Below are positions 40,938-50,735 of a stretch of DNA of 64,000 nt, one piece after another (position 1 is the stretch's first letter; each line of letters opens with the position of its first letter). The stretch is from Desulfosudaceae bacterium (GTDB taxonomy: Bacteria > Desulfobacterota > Desulfobacteria > Desulfobacterales > Desulfosudaceae). The notes under the pieces are model-generated. The model was not told the origin of the DNA. It worked only from the letters and a program-made list of their open reading frames with translations, and searched no databases. Where the stretch lies: positions 2,592,001 through 2,656,000 of the forward strand of contig CAXXDV010000003.1 in the NCBI GenBank assembly GCA_963674745.2, given 5' to 3'. The position numbers and the translations under genes were made by a program.

Positions 40938-42629
40938 ATGCTTTCCGATTCTGAAAAAAAAGAGCTGTGTCATATCGTCGGTGATCGCTGGGTGAGTACC
41001 GCCCCCTGCATGATGGACACCTACGCCTTTTATATGAATCCTGAAGTACTGATTAAGGACGGGGGCCGTTGGGCCCCGCGGCCGGACGCGGTTGTACTGC
41101 CGGAATCGACCGGGGAGGTCCAGGCGATTGTGCGATACTGCAACCAGACCGACCTGATGGTAAAGCCACTTTCCACGGGATTCGGCACCTGGGCGGCCGC
41201 TTCCCGGGAAAGGGTCATTGTCCTTGACTTAAAACGCATGAATAAAATCATATCCATCGACAAAAAAAACCAGATCGCGGTGATCGAACCCTATGTCCGG
41301 GCCATTGACCTGCAGACCGAGTTGATGCGGCATGGCCTGAACGTTCATGTGGTTTCCTGCGGCGGTAACCATTCCGTTCTGGCCTCGACCGTCGCCGCCT
41401 GGGGATACGGCCTGACCGGGATTTCCATGGGATACAGCGGACGGAATCTTCTGGGCGTAGAGTGGGTAATGCCCACCGGCGAAATTTACCGCCTCGGCAG
41501 TGCCGGCGACAGCGACCACTGGTTTTCCGCCGATGGTCCCGGGCCATCCCTGCGGGGCATATTACGCGGTTTCCAGGGCACCATGGGCGGATTGGGTGTG
41601 TTCACCAAGTGTGCCGTCAAGCTCTACAAGTGGGACGGCCCGCCCCGCTGGGCGGTTACCGGCGGTTCTCCGAATTATATCCTGAAACAGAAGCTTCCCC
41701 ATACGGCTTTCAACGCCCTGTCTTTCCCCTCGGCCCGGGCCATGCGTGAGGCCGGCTACCTGATGGGCGAGGCCGAACTGGAATATTCACAGTTTCGAAC
41801 GCCCATGTTCTTTACCACCCTGGGGCTGACCGACAATAATCGCGAGTTGAAAACCTTTCTGGAAAGCGGGCTCTTTCAAAAAGTAACCCGATACGTGCTG
41901 CTCAATGCGGTAATCGGCCATTCCCGACAGGAGTTCAAATGGAAAATGAAGGCCTTGAAAAAAATCCTCCGCCGCACAAAAGGTGTCCGGCTGATGATGA
42001 ACGTCAAGCCTTCGGCCTCACAGTTGCGCCTCATGGCCCCCCTGGTAGAACGCATAAAGGACCCTTTGTTCCTGCTAAGGCGTTTTCCTTTTCTTCAGGA
42101 GGTGATGGCCGCAATACCCTTTAACCGCAGGCAGGACATGGTGTCCTACTCCCGGATGTTCTGGTTACTGATCCGGCACGCCAACAACACCCAGGGCACC
42201 TTCCGGCCCTCCCAGGGCATGTTTACCACTCTTGGATCTTTTGACACCTGGGACCTGGGCGTTACCCAGTCGGACTGGATTGCCGAAGCTAAAAAAGAAT
42301 ACATCAAAAAAGGGCTGATCCTGGATGATGACGGGGATCTGGGCTGCGGCGGCCTGTTTGAAAACGGCCATCTCGGATATCTTGAGGGTATCGGCCTGTA
42401 TGACACCAAAAATCCGGCTTCGGTATTGGCCGCCGGTAAACTGGTCGAACAAGGTGTGGAAGCCGCTATCGATAACGCCATGGGGGTTCCCATCGCCGGC
42501 TTCGGACAGGAGATGAACAAACGTTTCGGTCCGGCGTGCCACAATTATCATCATTGGCTGGGCCGGATCAAACAGGTCCTTGACCCCCATGACGCTTCGG
42601 ACCCGTTTTTCTATTACAAGGAAGAATGA
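40938..42629 (+). CDS. FAD-binding oxidoreductase (GlcD/VAO-PCMH-type)
   Basis: PDAVVLPESTGEVQAIV, LDLKRMN, GVEWVMPTGE, GPGPSLRG, KQVLDP. Confidence 0.87.
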   Translation: MLSDSEKKELCHIVGDRWVSTAPCMMDTYAFYMNPEVLIKDGGRWAPRPDAVVLPESTGEVQAIVRYCNQTDLMVKPLSTGFGTWAAASRERVIVLDLKRMNKIISIDKKNQIAVIEPYVRAIDLQTELMRHGLNVHVVSCGGNHSVLASTVAAWGYGLTGISMGYSGRNLLGVEWVMPTGEIYRLGSAGDSDHWFSADGPGPSLRGILRGFQGTMGGLGVFTKCAVKLYKWDGPPRWAVTGGSPNYILKQKLPHTAFNALSFPSARAMREAGYLMGEAELEYSQFRTPMFFTTLGLTDNNRELKTFLESGLFQKVTRYVLLNAVIGHSRQEFKWKMKALKKILRRTKGVRLMMNVKPSASQLRLMAPLVERIKDPLFLLRRFPFLQEVMAAIPFNRRQDMVSYSRMFWLLIRHANNTQGTFRPSQGMFTTLGSFDTWDLGVTQSDWIAEAKKEYIKKGLILDDDGDLGCGGLFENGHLGYLEGIGLYDTKNPASVLAAGKLVEQGVEAAIDNAMGVPIAGFGQEMNKRFGPACHNYHHWLGRIKQVLDPHDASDPFFYYKEE

Positions 42630-42651
42630 TGGCCCTCTTCCGGCCGGACGC

Positions 42652-43503
42652 TTATTTACCGAAAGTCTGGTCCACCCAGGCGCGGATTTCCGTGGCCACA
42701 TCTTCGGGAAGGGCTGACGAATTATCGCCGGTGGGAAAACGGCCCGCCGTCACGTCCTCCACGTAAGCGACGAAAATCTCCTCATACCGTTTGCCAAGAT
42801 CATCATAGGCTTTGGCATGCCTGAAGATACGATCGGAAAGCCCCAGGATATCGCAATAAACCTGGACCTGGCCGTCGCAATATTGACCGGCGCCGATCCC
42901 GATGGTGGGCATGGATACCAGGGCGGTAATTTCTTTAGCCAGAAGTTCGGGAATGAGCTCAAAAACGATCATGCCCGCGCCGGCCGCGTCCAGTTGCCGG
43001 GCGGCGTCGATCAGTTCCCTGGCGCGTTCGACGTCTTTGCCCTGCACAGCCGCCTGGCCGCGGGTCTGCGGCGTATAACCGATGTGGGCGCAGACTTCGA
43101 TACCGGCATCCACCACCTGCCGGATCAGATCAACCATGCTTTGTTCGCCTTCGATCTTGACGCTGTGGGCGCCCGCCTCAAGAAACCGCCGGGCGTTTTC
43201 CAGCGCCAGCTCCGGGGTATCGAAGGATTTATAAGGCATATCGGCCATCACGTGACCATTTTTGACGCCCCGGGCAACAGCCCGGACATGATGCAACATG
43301 TCATCCATGGTGACATCCAGTTCACTGGCATAGCCCAGCATATTCCGGCCCACACTGTCGCCGACCAGGGTGATGTCCACCCCGGCCCTATCCTGAAAAA
43401 CAGCGGTGGGAAAATCATAGGCCGTCAACATGGTAATTTTTCTACCCTGCTGTTTGTAGGTGTGAAAATCGGAAAGTTTTTTCATGGTTTCCTCCCTGAC
43501 CAT
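42652..43503 (-). CDS. panB: 3-methyl-2-oxobutanoate hydroxymethyltransferase
   Basis: MLTAYD, LVGDS, ADMPY, VKIEG, HIGYTPQ, IGIGAG..CDGQV. Confidence 0.95.
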   Translation of the reverse strand: MVREETMKKLSDFHTYKQQGRKITMLTAYDFPTAVFQDRAGVDITLVGDSVGRNMLGYASELDVTMDDMLHHVRAVARGVKNGHVMADMPYKSFDTPELALENARRFLEAGAHSVKIEGEQSMVDLIRQVVDAGIEVCAHIGYTPQTRGQAAVQGKDVERARELIDAARQLDAAGAGMIVFELIPELLAKEITALVSMPTIGIGAGQYCDGQVQVYCDILGLSDRIFRHAKAYDDLGKRYEEIFVAYVEDVTAGRFPTGDNSSALPEDVATEIRAWVDQTFGK

Positions 43504-43579
43504 CGGCTTGGTTGCGGATAATTGACGATTGATTTCAGTCTATCGCCGCTGCCGCTTTCCGTCAATAGAAATAGGGGGG

Positions 43580-43839
43580 TTAGGGTTGCAAAGTTTTAGG
43601 TTTTAATGCTACGTGTTACATGCCACGTCAGTAGATTTAACGTATTTATGTGATTAGGTGATTAAGTGATTAAGGTTTAGGTTCTGGGCATGCAGGCCAT
43701 CCGCAAATGTTGTAGGGGCGGCACTCTTTTCATACTTTATTCCGGTTCACGTTCTGCTACGCTTCACTGCCCGGAAAGACGAGTAGGATAACCACTTAAG
43801 CACCTAAACACTTAAACACATAATCATCTAAATCCCTAC
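43580..43839. repeat. Inward-facing degenerate 8-bp arrays enclosing a REP stub and a conserved motif
   Basis: GT-rich units 43580-43690 (gtgattag/gtgattaa), CA-rich units 43789-43832 (cttaagca/cctaaaca); cgcaaatgttgtaggggc at 43702. Confidence 0.8.
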
Positions 43840-43897
43840 CCCGGCATCAGGTTTTATGTTATAAAAGATCAGCTACGCAATATTAAGGGGGACAACC

Positions 43898-45091
43898 ATG
43901 GACCGTTTTCACGACTTTTCTTTTGACGCCTGCGAAGAATGCGGCCAGTGCCTTCAGCAATGCCCGGTTATGAGCCTGACAGAACAGGTGGCCATCGATG
44001 AAATCAAGCGCCTGAAAAAAGGAGAACCTACCCGGCACGTGTTGAAGAAATGCACCAGTTGTTTTGACTGCAACTTCGTCTGCAAAAACAACTGCAATCC
44101 GGCCCAGCTCATTCTGCAGCGCTGGAATGAAACCTACCGGGACAAAGGGCTGCCGGCCCGGGCCCGCTACTACGACCCCAACCATACCCCGAATTTCAGG
44201 ACTTACGTCCTGGATCGCCTGCCGGAAGACGAAAAAGAACTGGTCCAATCCTGGCGGAACATGGAACCGTGTGAAGAAATCTTCTACCCCGGATGCAACG
44301 TCATCACCGTACCCTACCTGACCCGTACCAGCCTGCTTGACGGCATGAACATCCGGGGGTCCCTGGACATGTGCTGCGGCGAAACCTATTACCGCATGGG
44401 CCTGTTTGACGAGCTGCAGAAAGTGGCTAAACGCCTGGAAGCATGGTTCAACGCCCTGGGCGTCAAGCGCATGATCATCCCCTGCACGGCCGGCCGGAAC
44501 ATGTTCACCAATGTTCTGCCCCGATTCGGCGTCAAATTTGATTTTGAAATTACCCACCTGCTGGAAATCCTGTGGCGGAAGGTCGAATCCGGCGAACTGA
44601 AATTTACCCGCCCGGTTAACCTGACCGTCACCATCCAGGAGTCCTGTTATGCCAAGATGTTCGGCGAAGAATACATGGACCTGCCGCGCAAACTCCTGGA
44701 AGCAGCCGGTGCCACGGTCATTGAGGAAGAGCTGCACGGCGAGTCCGCCCTGTGCTGCGGCATTGCCGGCGGGTTTTCTCCTCATTCCGGGTACCACCCC
44801 CTCGACATCACCCTGGCCACCATCCGCTCCCTGCGCCAGGCTCAGAAGACCCGGGCCGAAGCCGTCGCCACCTATTGCGCCGGCTGCCTCCAAATGCTGT
44901 CGGTGGGCAAAATCGCCTATCCCCTGGCCGGTCAGCCGATCTATCATCTGCTGGAAATCCTGCAGATGGCCATCGGAGAAACCCCGGCCCGGCTCAACCG
45001 CAAAAGAAGCTGGACCATGTTCACCGGCGTGGTCAAAAACCAGTTCCCCATGGTCCTGTCCCCGAAACGGCACAGGATCAACGTGGCATAA
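43898..45091 (+). CDS. Fe-S oxidoreductase subunit with 2x[4Fe-4S] and CCG domains
   Basis: CEECGQCLQQCP, CTSCFDCNFVC, YPGC, CCGE, CCGIAGG, CAGC. Confidence 0.88.
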   Translation: MDRFHDFSFDACEECGQCLQQCPVMSLTEQVAIDEIKRLKKGEPTRHVLKKCTSCFDCNFVCKNNCNPAQLILQRWNETYRDKGLPARARYYDPNHTPNFRTYVLDRLPEDEKELVQSWRNMEPCEEIFYPGCNVITVPYLTRTSLLDGMNIRGSLDMCCGETYYRMGLFDELQKVAKRLEAWFNALGVKRMIIPCTAGRNMFTNVLPRFGVKFDFEITHLLEILWRKVESGELKFTRPVNLTVTIQESCYAKMFGEEYMDLPRKLLEAAGATVIEEELHGESALCCGIAGGFSPHSGYHPLDITLATIRSLRQAQKTRAEAVATYCAGCLQMLSVGKIAYPLAGQPIYHLLEILQMAIGETPARLNRKRSWTMFTGVVKNQFPMVLSPKRHRINVA

Positions 45092-45108
45092 AACCGGAGG
45101 CTGATGGC

Positions 45109-46542
45109 GTGAACACCCGAACAATATTCCGCTGGTTCAGACAGGATCTTTGCCTCATGTGCGGCCGCTGCCTTTCATCCTGCCCGGTCCTGGCCCTGCC
45201 TGAAGCCGTGGCCGTGGCCGAAAAAAAGCGCCTGATTTCCGACGTGCCGGATGCGTCCCTGCCATTCCGGTTCTGCACCACCTGCAATGTCTGTGACCTG
45301 GTCTGCCCTCAGAACGCCGCCCCCTACGAGCTGATTCTGGAATGCTATGACCGGCAGGCACATCAAAAAGGCCTGCCCTACATTGCCCGCATGGTCCTGC
45401 CCGACGCCCCGGAAAACATCTGGTCCGCCCTGCGGCCGTTGATGAGCGACCGGGAACGGAATCTGCTGGCCCAATGGAACGACAACCTTGGCAAAAAACA
45501 CGAAGCGGCCGTCCTGACCGGCTTTTACACCAACCTGGCGCCGTACCTGGCCGACCTGGGTATCGTCAGAAGCCTCGACCTGCCCATTGCCGGCAGTGAA
45601 GGGCTGTGGGGTTGCGGGGGGGATACCAACAAGATGGGACTGATCCGCCAGACCGAAGCCGTGATCGACCTGGTTGGCAACACCTTCCGCGATATGGGCC
45701 TGTCAAAAGCTTACTGCTTCATGCAGGCCGAAGCGGTCATGCTGACTGAAGTTCTGCCGCGCTTTTACGGCGCCAGGCTCGAAGTCGAGGCACGGCCCCT
45801 GGACGACCTGATTTCAGACAGGATTGATTCCGGCGACATCGAGATCACGCACCCGTTAAACATGACGGTCACCGTTCACGACAACTGTATGTCCCGCTAC
45901 CTGGGGGCAAAACCCCAGGATGTCATGCGGCATCTGATTACAAAATCCGGCTGCCGGATTGTGGAAATGGAACACAACCGCGACCGGGCCCTGTGCTGCG
46001 GCTGGGCCGCCACCATTCCCACCCTGTACGCCGGCACCGGCAACCCTTTTGCTACGGTCGGTTATCTGCTTTACAGCTTGAGGCGCCGCCTGACCGAAGC
46101 TGAAAATACCGGGTCCGAGGCCTTGGTCACCAGTTGCCCGGCCTGCTACCTGTTTCTGACCCTGATCAAAACCCTGACGAGCTCAACAATAGAGGTCTAT
46201 CACCTGCTGGAACTGGTCGACATAGCTGCCGGCGGTCGGCCGGAAAGAAAAACCGAAGAACGCTGCTGGGAAATCCTGGCCCACACCTCTACCATCATCC
46301 TCAACTGGATGGTGTCGGCTAAAAACAGGCGGTATTTTCCGCCACCGGAAATCGACCCCACCGTCGTTGCCCCCCCGCGACCGCAGTCAGCGACCGACGC
46401 CGCCCGCACAAAACAGTTTGCAGCCCTGTACAAAAGCAGGCTGACACAGAACCCGGTCGTGCGCAAACTCCTGGCCGCGGCCGTCAACGCAACCGCCCGG
46501 GTCTACGGTATCTGGCTGGAACGCCAGAAAAAGAACCGATAA
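45109..46542 (+). CDS. Fe-S oxidoreductase subunit with 2x[4Fe-4S] and CCG domains
   Basis: GTG 45109 after GGAGG; CLMCGRCLSSCP, CTTCNVCDLVCP, HDNC, CCGW, CPAC. Confidence 0.85.
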   Translation: MNTRTIFRWFRQDLCLMCGRCLSSCPVLALPEAVAVAEKKRLISDVPDASLPFRFCTTCNVCDLVCPQNAAPYELILECYDRQAHQKGLPYIARMVLPDAPENIWSALRPLMSDRERNLLAQWNDNLGKKHEAAVLTGFYTNLAPYLADLGIVRSLDLPIAGSEGLWGCGGDTNKMGLIRQTEAVIDLVGNTFRDMGLSKAYCFMQAEAVMLTEVLPRFYGARLEVEARPLDDLISDRIDSGDIEITHPLNMTVTVHDNCMSRYLGAKPQDVMRHLITKSGCRIVEMEHNRDRALCCGWAATIPTLYAGTGNPFATVGYLLYSLRRRLTEAENTGSEALVTSCPACYLFLTLIKTLTSSTIEVYHLLELVDIAAGGRPERKTEERCWEILAHTSTIILNWMVSAKNRRYFPPPEIDPTVVAPPRPQSATDAARTKQFAALYKSRLTQNPVVRKLLAAAVNATARVYGIWLERQKKNR

Positions 46543-46561
46543 AACACCCCCTCCCCGGATC

Positions 46562-47734
46562 TTACCGCGAGACTTCATCGTCAAGGCCGAGTGCCTTGGC
46601 ACGCGTTTTCCACAGTTTGCGGGCAAAAGCCCGCATGTCGTCAATTTTTTCAATTTCATCGACAATCTCGACGCCGATTAACGTCTCGATCAGGTCTTCC
46701 AGCGTCACCACCCCGCGGGTCTGGCCGTATTCGTCTACAACTATGGCGATATGCTGACGGTCCTTGAGGAAACTTTCGAGGAGCCTGGATACCGAAACCG
46801 TATCCGGAACCACCAGGATATCTCTTTTAAAGGATTTAAGCGGCAGATCCTCTTCTTCCTGCATTTTCTTAAACAGGGTCTCATCCCGGAGTACAAACCC
46901 GGTTATCTCGTCAATATTGTTCCTGTAAAGGGGCAGGCGTGAAAAGGGAATGTTGCTTATCTGCACCACGGCATCGGACACCGTCATGTCCTCGGGTAGG
47001 GCCGAAACGACCGTGCTGGGTGTCATAATATCCCTGGCCCGCAGGGATTCAAGGTGCAGCAGGTTCCGTATGATACGGGTTTCCGTGTTTTTGATGTCTC
47101 CGGTCAGCTCCCCCACCCGGGCCATGGCGACCAGCTCGTCGCGGCTGAAGATATGCATCTGTTTTCCGCGCGAGATGATTTTTGTCAACCGTTCGGACAA
47201 CCATACGATCGGGAAAAGCGTTACAATCAAAGCATAAACAAAAAGTGTGGTCAGTCCCGCCAGCCTCGACCAGTAAATGGCGCCAATGGTTTTGGGGATG
47301 ATTTCCGAAAAAAACAGGATCATCAATGTCATGACCGCGGAGAACAGACCGAACCAGGCACTGCCGAAAACCACTGCGGCTTTAGCGCCTGCCCCGATGG
47401 CACCGACGGTATGCGCGATCGTGTTCAGGGTTAAAATAGCCGCCAGCGACCGGTCGATGTCATCCTGCTTCAGGCGTTTTAACAGCACCGCCCCCTTGAC
47501 CCCTTTCTTCAATTGGTCTTCAATATAGGCGGGGGTCACACTCAACAGGACAGACTCGGCAATGGAACAGAGGAAGGACACCAGCAGTGCGATCAGTATA
47601 TAAATGACCAGCAACACCACATCGCTGTCGGCTGTTTCAACACCGGCCGCCGGCAGTTTTGGATCCAGTGCCAGGGCCGATCCGGTTAAAGATATCAGCC
47701 CGGTAAAAATTGCTATGGCCGTAATTTTATTCAA
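46562..47734 (-). CDS. CNNM/CorB (hemolysin-family) CBS-domain membrane protein
   Basis: SFLCSIAESVLLS, SEIIPK, DIMTP, FSRLP, VDEYG..GVVTLEDLIE. Confidence 0.92.
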   Translation of the reverse strand: MNKITAIAIFTGLISLTGSALALDPKLPAAGVETADSDVVLLVIYILIALLVSFLCSIAESVLLSVTPAYIEDQLKKGVKGAVLLKRLKQDDIDRSLAAILTLNTIAHTVGAIGAGAKAAVVFGSAWFGLFSAVMTLMILFFSEIIPKTIGAIYWSRLAGLTTLFVYALIVTLFPIVWLSERLTKIISRGKQMHIFSRDELVAMARVGELTGDIKNTETRIIRNLLHLESLRARDIMTPSTVVSALPEDMTVSDAVVQISNIPFSRLPLYRNNIDEITGFVLRDETLFKKMQEEEDLPLKSFKRDILVVPDTVSVSRLLESFLKDRQHIAIVVDEYGQTRGVVTLEDLIETLIGVEIVDEIEKIDDMRAFARKLWKTRAKALGLDDEVSR

Positions 47735-47980
47735 AGGTCGTCTCGCAGGCGGTTCCTGTTTTGGATGTCCATTTTCTAACTTGGGCCGGATTTACCAAAA
47801 TGTCAAGAGTTCCCGTTTGCGTCGAAACATCTCGAACAGGGTCTATTTCAGGCATTTTCCCCGGTCAGGCCACCCGGATTTCAGCATCATGGCGGGCCGG
47901 AATCATATTGACAGGTTACGGCGTTTGGTATAGGTAAAGGCAAAAAACTGGCTGTTTATTCTTATTCCTTAAAATCCATT

Positions 47981-50287
47981 GTGGCCATGAAGTCCCTGAT
48001 TAAAAAAGGGCTGTTTGCCCTTGTCTGCCTGACCATCCTTGGTACGGGTCTGGGCGCGGCCTATTGCTGGTATCTTTCGGTAAACATTGAAACACGTTTT
48101 TCCGGACGAAAGTGGGAAATTCCCTCCACCGTCTATTCGGATACCTTTGTGCTTTTCCCGGGAAAAAGCGTGAGCCTTTCGTGCCTGGAAAAAAAACTGA
48201 AAAGGCTGGGTTATCGCAACACCGGACTGCGGCCGGAAAAAAAAGGCCAATACCTTATCAACGGCCGGGCCCTGGAGATTTTTTTCAAGGATCTGGATCT
48301 CCCGGACAATCACCGTCAAGGGTTTTTAGCCCGGATCACGTTGAGTCATGGCACGATCCGGGAGATGCAACGACTGGATACGGGCAAATCCCTGGCCCTG
48401 GCCGAGCTTGGCCCGGAAACCATTATGCAGTATTTCGGCCAAAAAAGAGAACTGCGACGGGTGGTCTCCCTGGAAACCATACCCGATCACCTGGAAAAAG
48501 CGGTCATTGCCATTGAAGACAGCCGCTTTTACAAACACTTCGGCATCGATCCCCGAGGCATTGCCCGGGCTTTTTACATCAATATCCGGCAGGGGGCCCT
48601 CCGTCAGGGTGGCTCCACCCTGACCCAGCAACTGGCCAAAAACTATTTTTTGACCCCGGAACGGACCTTCCGGCGAAAAATCAACGAAATGTTTTTTGCC
48701 CTGGCCATGGAATACAAGTACAGCAAGAATGAAATCCTGGAAATTTACTTAAATGAAATTTATTTCGGCCAGAAAGGCTCTGTCTCCATCAACGGCGTGG
48801 GTCAAGCCGCGGATTTTTATTTCGGCAAAAGCGTCAAACAGCTTTCCCTGGCCGAATGCGCCCTGCTGGCCGGTATTATCAAGGCACCCAACCTGTACTC
48901 GCCCTATTCTGACCCGGAAAGATGCGAACAGCGGCGGAACCTGGTGCTTTCAGCCATGTTTGACGAGGGCTTTATTTCCGCCAAAGAACTGGCGGCGGGT
49001 GTCAACGAACCGGTCCGTACCGCGGGCTACACGGGTTACAACCGCAACGCGCCCTATTTTCTGGATTATGTTTCAGCCCAGCTCCATGAATTGTATTCAG
49101 AAGCCATCCTGTCCAGCCAGGGATTCTCAATTTATACGACCCTGGACACAGACGTTCAGGCAGCCGCGGAAAAAGCCCTGGCCTTTGGATTGAACCGGCT
49201 GGAAGAGCAGATCCCGCCCGTACGACGGGCTGACCCGAAAAAGAAGCTCCAGGGTGCGGTGCTGGTCATCCAGCCCCGGACGGGCAATATCCTGGCCATG
49301 GTCGGCGGCCGGGATTACGGGGTCAGCCAGTTCAACCGCGTTACCCATGCCCGGCGCCAGCCGGGAAGCTGTTTCAAGCCGATTGTCACGTCCGTACTGC
49401 TGGACCGGTTCAAGCCTTCGGATCTGCTGTCCAACCAGGCCAGGGGCTATCCAGTCAATGGGGAGCAGTGGACACCGGACAACTTCGAGGACCTGCCACA
49501 AGCAGAGCTGTCCGTGCGGGACATGCTGAGATTGTCCTGCAACCGGGCGGCCGTGGACATGGTCATGCGAAGCGGGCTTGAGACCGTGGCCGGCCGGCTG
49601 CAGGTCTTTGATTTTTCCACGCCGTTGGCGCCCTACCCGTCGATCGCCCTGGGGGCTTTTGAGGTCATCCCTCTGGAACTGGCCCGGGCCTACTGCGCCT
49701 TTGCCGCCGACGGCATCCTGCCGTTTGCCCTGTCGGTCCGGGACGTTACCGATGAAAACGGGAACATCCTGGTGCGGCGGCATATGGATATCCGACCGGT
49801 GCTGTCTCCGGCCAAAGCCTTTGTCATCACATCCATGCTCGAATCGGTGGTTAACGACGGCACGGCGCGGTCCGTACGGCGGCTGGGCCTGGATTTTCCC
49901 CTGGCAGGCAAGACCGGCACTACCAACAACTACCGGGATGCCTGGTTTGTCGGGTATACCCCGGACTTCCTGGCCCTGGTATGGGTAGGGTTCGACAACG
50001 GAAATCCGGTGTACACCACCGGCGCGGGCGCGGCCATCCCCATTTTTGCCGAACTGGCCCGAAACATGCCCGGGTATATCTCTTTAAACAAATTTACAAT
50101 GCCGCCGGGTGTGGTAGAAAAAAAGGTGTGCAAAAAAAGCGGTGAACTGGCGGTTTTTTTAAAATGCCCGGACACGTACGAGGAATATTTCCTGGTTGAA
50201 AACCAGCCGCAAAAAGAATGTCATCTTCACGCCGAAACCGGTCCGTTGAAAAGGATTTTTAATGGGATCAAAGGCTTATTCAAATAA
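47981..50287 (+). CDS. mrcB: Class A penicillin-binding protein 1B
   Basis: TM, UB2H-like insert, EDSRF, GGSTLTQQLAKN, GSCFK (SxxK), SCN, KTG. Confidence 0.88.
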   Translation: MAMKSLIKKGLFALVCLTILGTGLGAAYCWYLSVNIETRFSGRKWEIPSTVYSDTFVLFPGKSVSLSCLEKKLKRLGYRNTGLRPEKKGQYLINGRALEIFFKDLDLPDNHRQGFLARITLSHGTIREMQRLDTGKSLALAELGPETIMQYFGQKRELRRVVSLETIPDHLEKAVIAIEDSRFYKHFGIDPRGIARAFYINIRQGALRQGGSTLTQQLAKNYFLTPERTFRRKINEMFFALAMEYKYSKNEILEIYLNEIYFGQKGSVSINGVGQAADFYFGKSVKQLSLAECALLAGIIKAPNLYSPYSDPERCEQRRNLVLSAMFDEGFISAKELAAGVNEPVRTAGYTGYNRNAPYFLDYVSAQLHELYSEAILSSQGFSIYTTLDTDVQAAAEKALAFGLNRLEEQIPPVRRADPKKKLQGAVLVIQPRTGNILAMVGGRDYGVSQFNRVTHARRQPGSCFKPIVTSVLLDRFKPSDLLSNQARGYPVNGEQWTPDNFEDLPQAELSVRDMLRLSCNRAAVDMVMRSGLETVAGRLQVFDFSTPLAPYPSIALGAFEVIPLELARAYCAFAADGILPFALSVRDVTDENGNILVRRHMDIRPVLSPAKAFVITSMLESVVNDGTARSVRRLGLDFPLAGKTGTTNNYRDAWFVGYTPDFLALVWVGFDNGNPVYTTGAGAAIPIFAELARNMPGYISLNKFTMPPGVVEKKVCKKSGELAVFLKCPDTYEEYFLVENQPQKECHLHAETGPLKRIFNGIKGLFK

Positions 50288-50297
50288 GACATGGAAA

Positions 50298-50735
50298 ATG
50301 ACGGCCGGCGCGGGGTTGTTTCTGGCGGCCATGTTGATGCTGGCCGCCTGTGCCGGGGTCACGCCGCCGCCGGAGACCGGGACAGGCCTGCCCGCGCCCG
50401 GCATGGTGCCCCCGCCCGACCCGTTTCGGCAGGCCGATGAATCCAGAGCCCGGGCCGCTCACAGCCTGGTACGGGAGGGATACGAACTGCTGGTCGGCAA
50501 CAGTTTTGACGGCGCCATCCGGGTGCTGGAGCGGGCCGTGGGCATCAACCCGGCCGACGGCCAGGGTTATTTTTACCTGGCAGCGGCCTGGCTGGGCAAA
50601 GGCAATTTTGATTTGGCGGCCCGGTTCAACGATCTGGCCGGAATGTATTTAAGAGATGATAAAACATGGTCCCGACAGGTGGGGCGACAGAAAGAGCGGA
50701 TACAAAAGGGTCAGGCACGGTCGCGGGCGGAATAG
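50298..50735 (+). CDS. TPR lipoprotein (LpoP-like)
   Basis: Lipobox LAAC, Pro-rich linker, TPR (LERAVGINP..GQGYFYLA); immediately after PBP1B. Confidence 0.75.
   Translation: MTAGAGLFLAAMLMLAACAGVTPPPETGTGLPAPGMVPPPDPFRQADESRARAAHSLVREGYELLVGNSFDGAIRVLERAVGINPADGQGYFYLAAAWLGKGNFDLAARFNDLAGMYLRDDKTWSRQVGRQKERIQKGQARSRAE

Noticed and set aside
44752..45108. N-terminal extension of track ORF 44752..46542
   Set aside because: Overlaps the preceding gene out of frame; GTG 45109 has a good RBS and directly precedes the ferredoxin motif.
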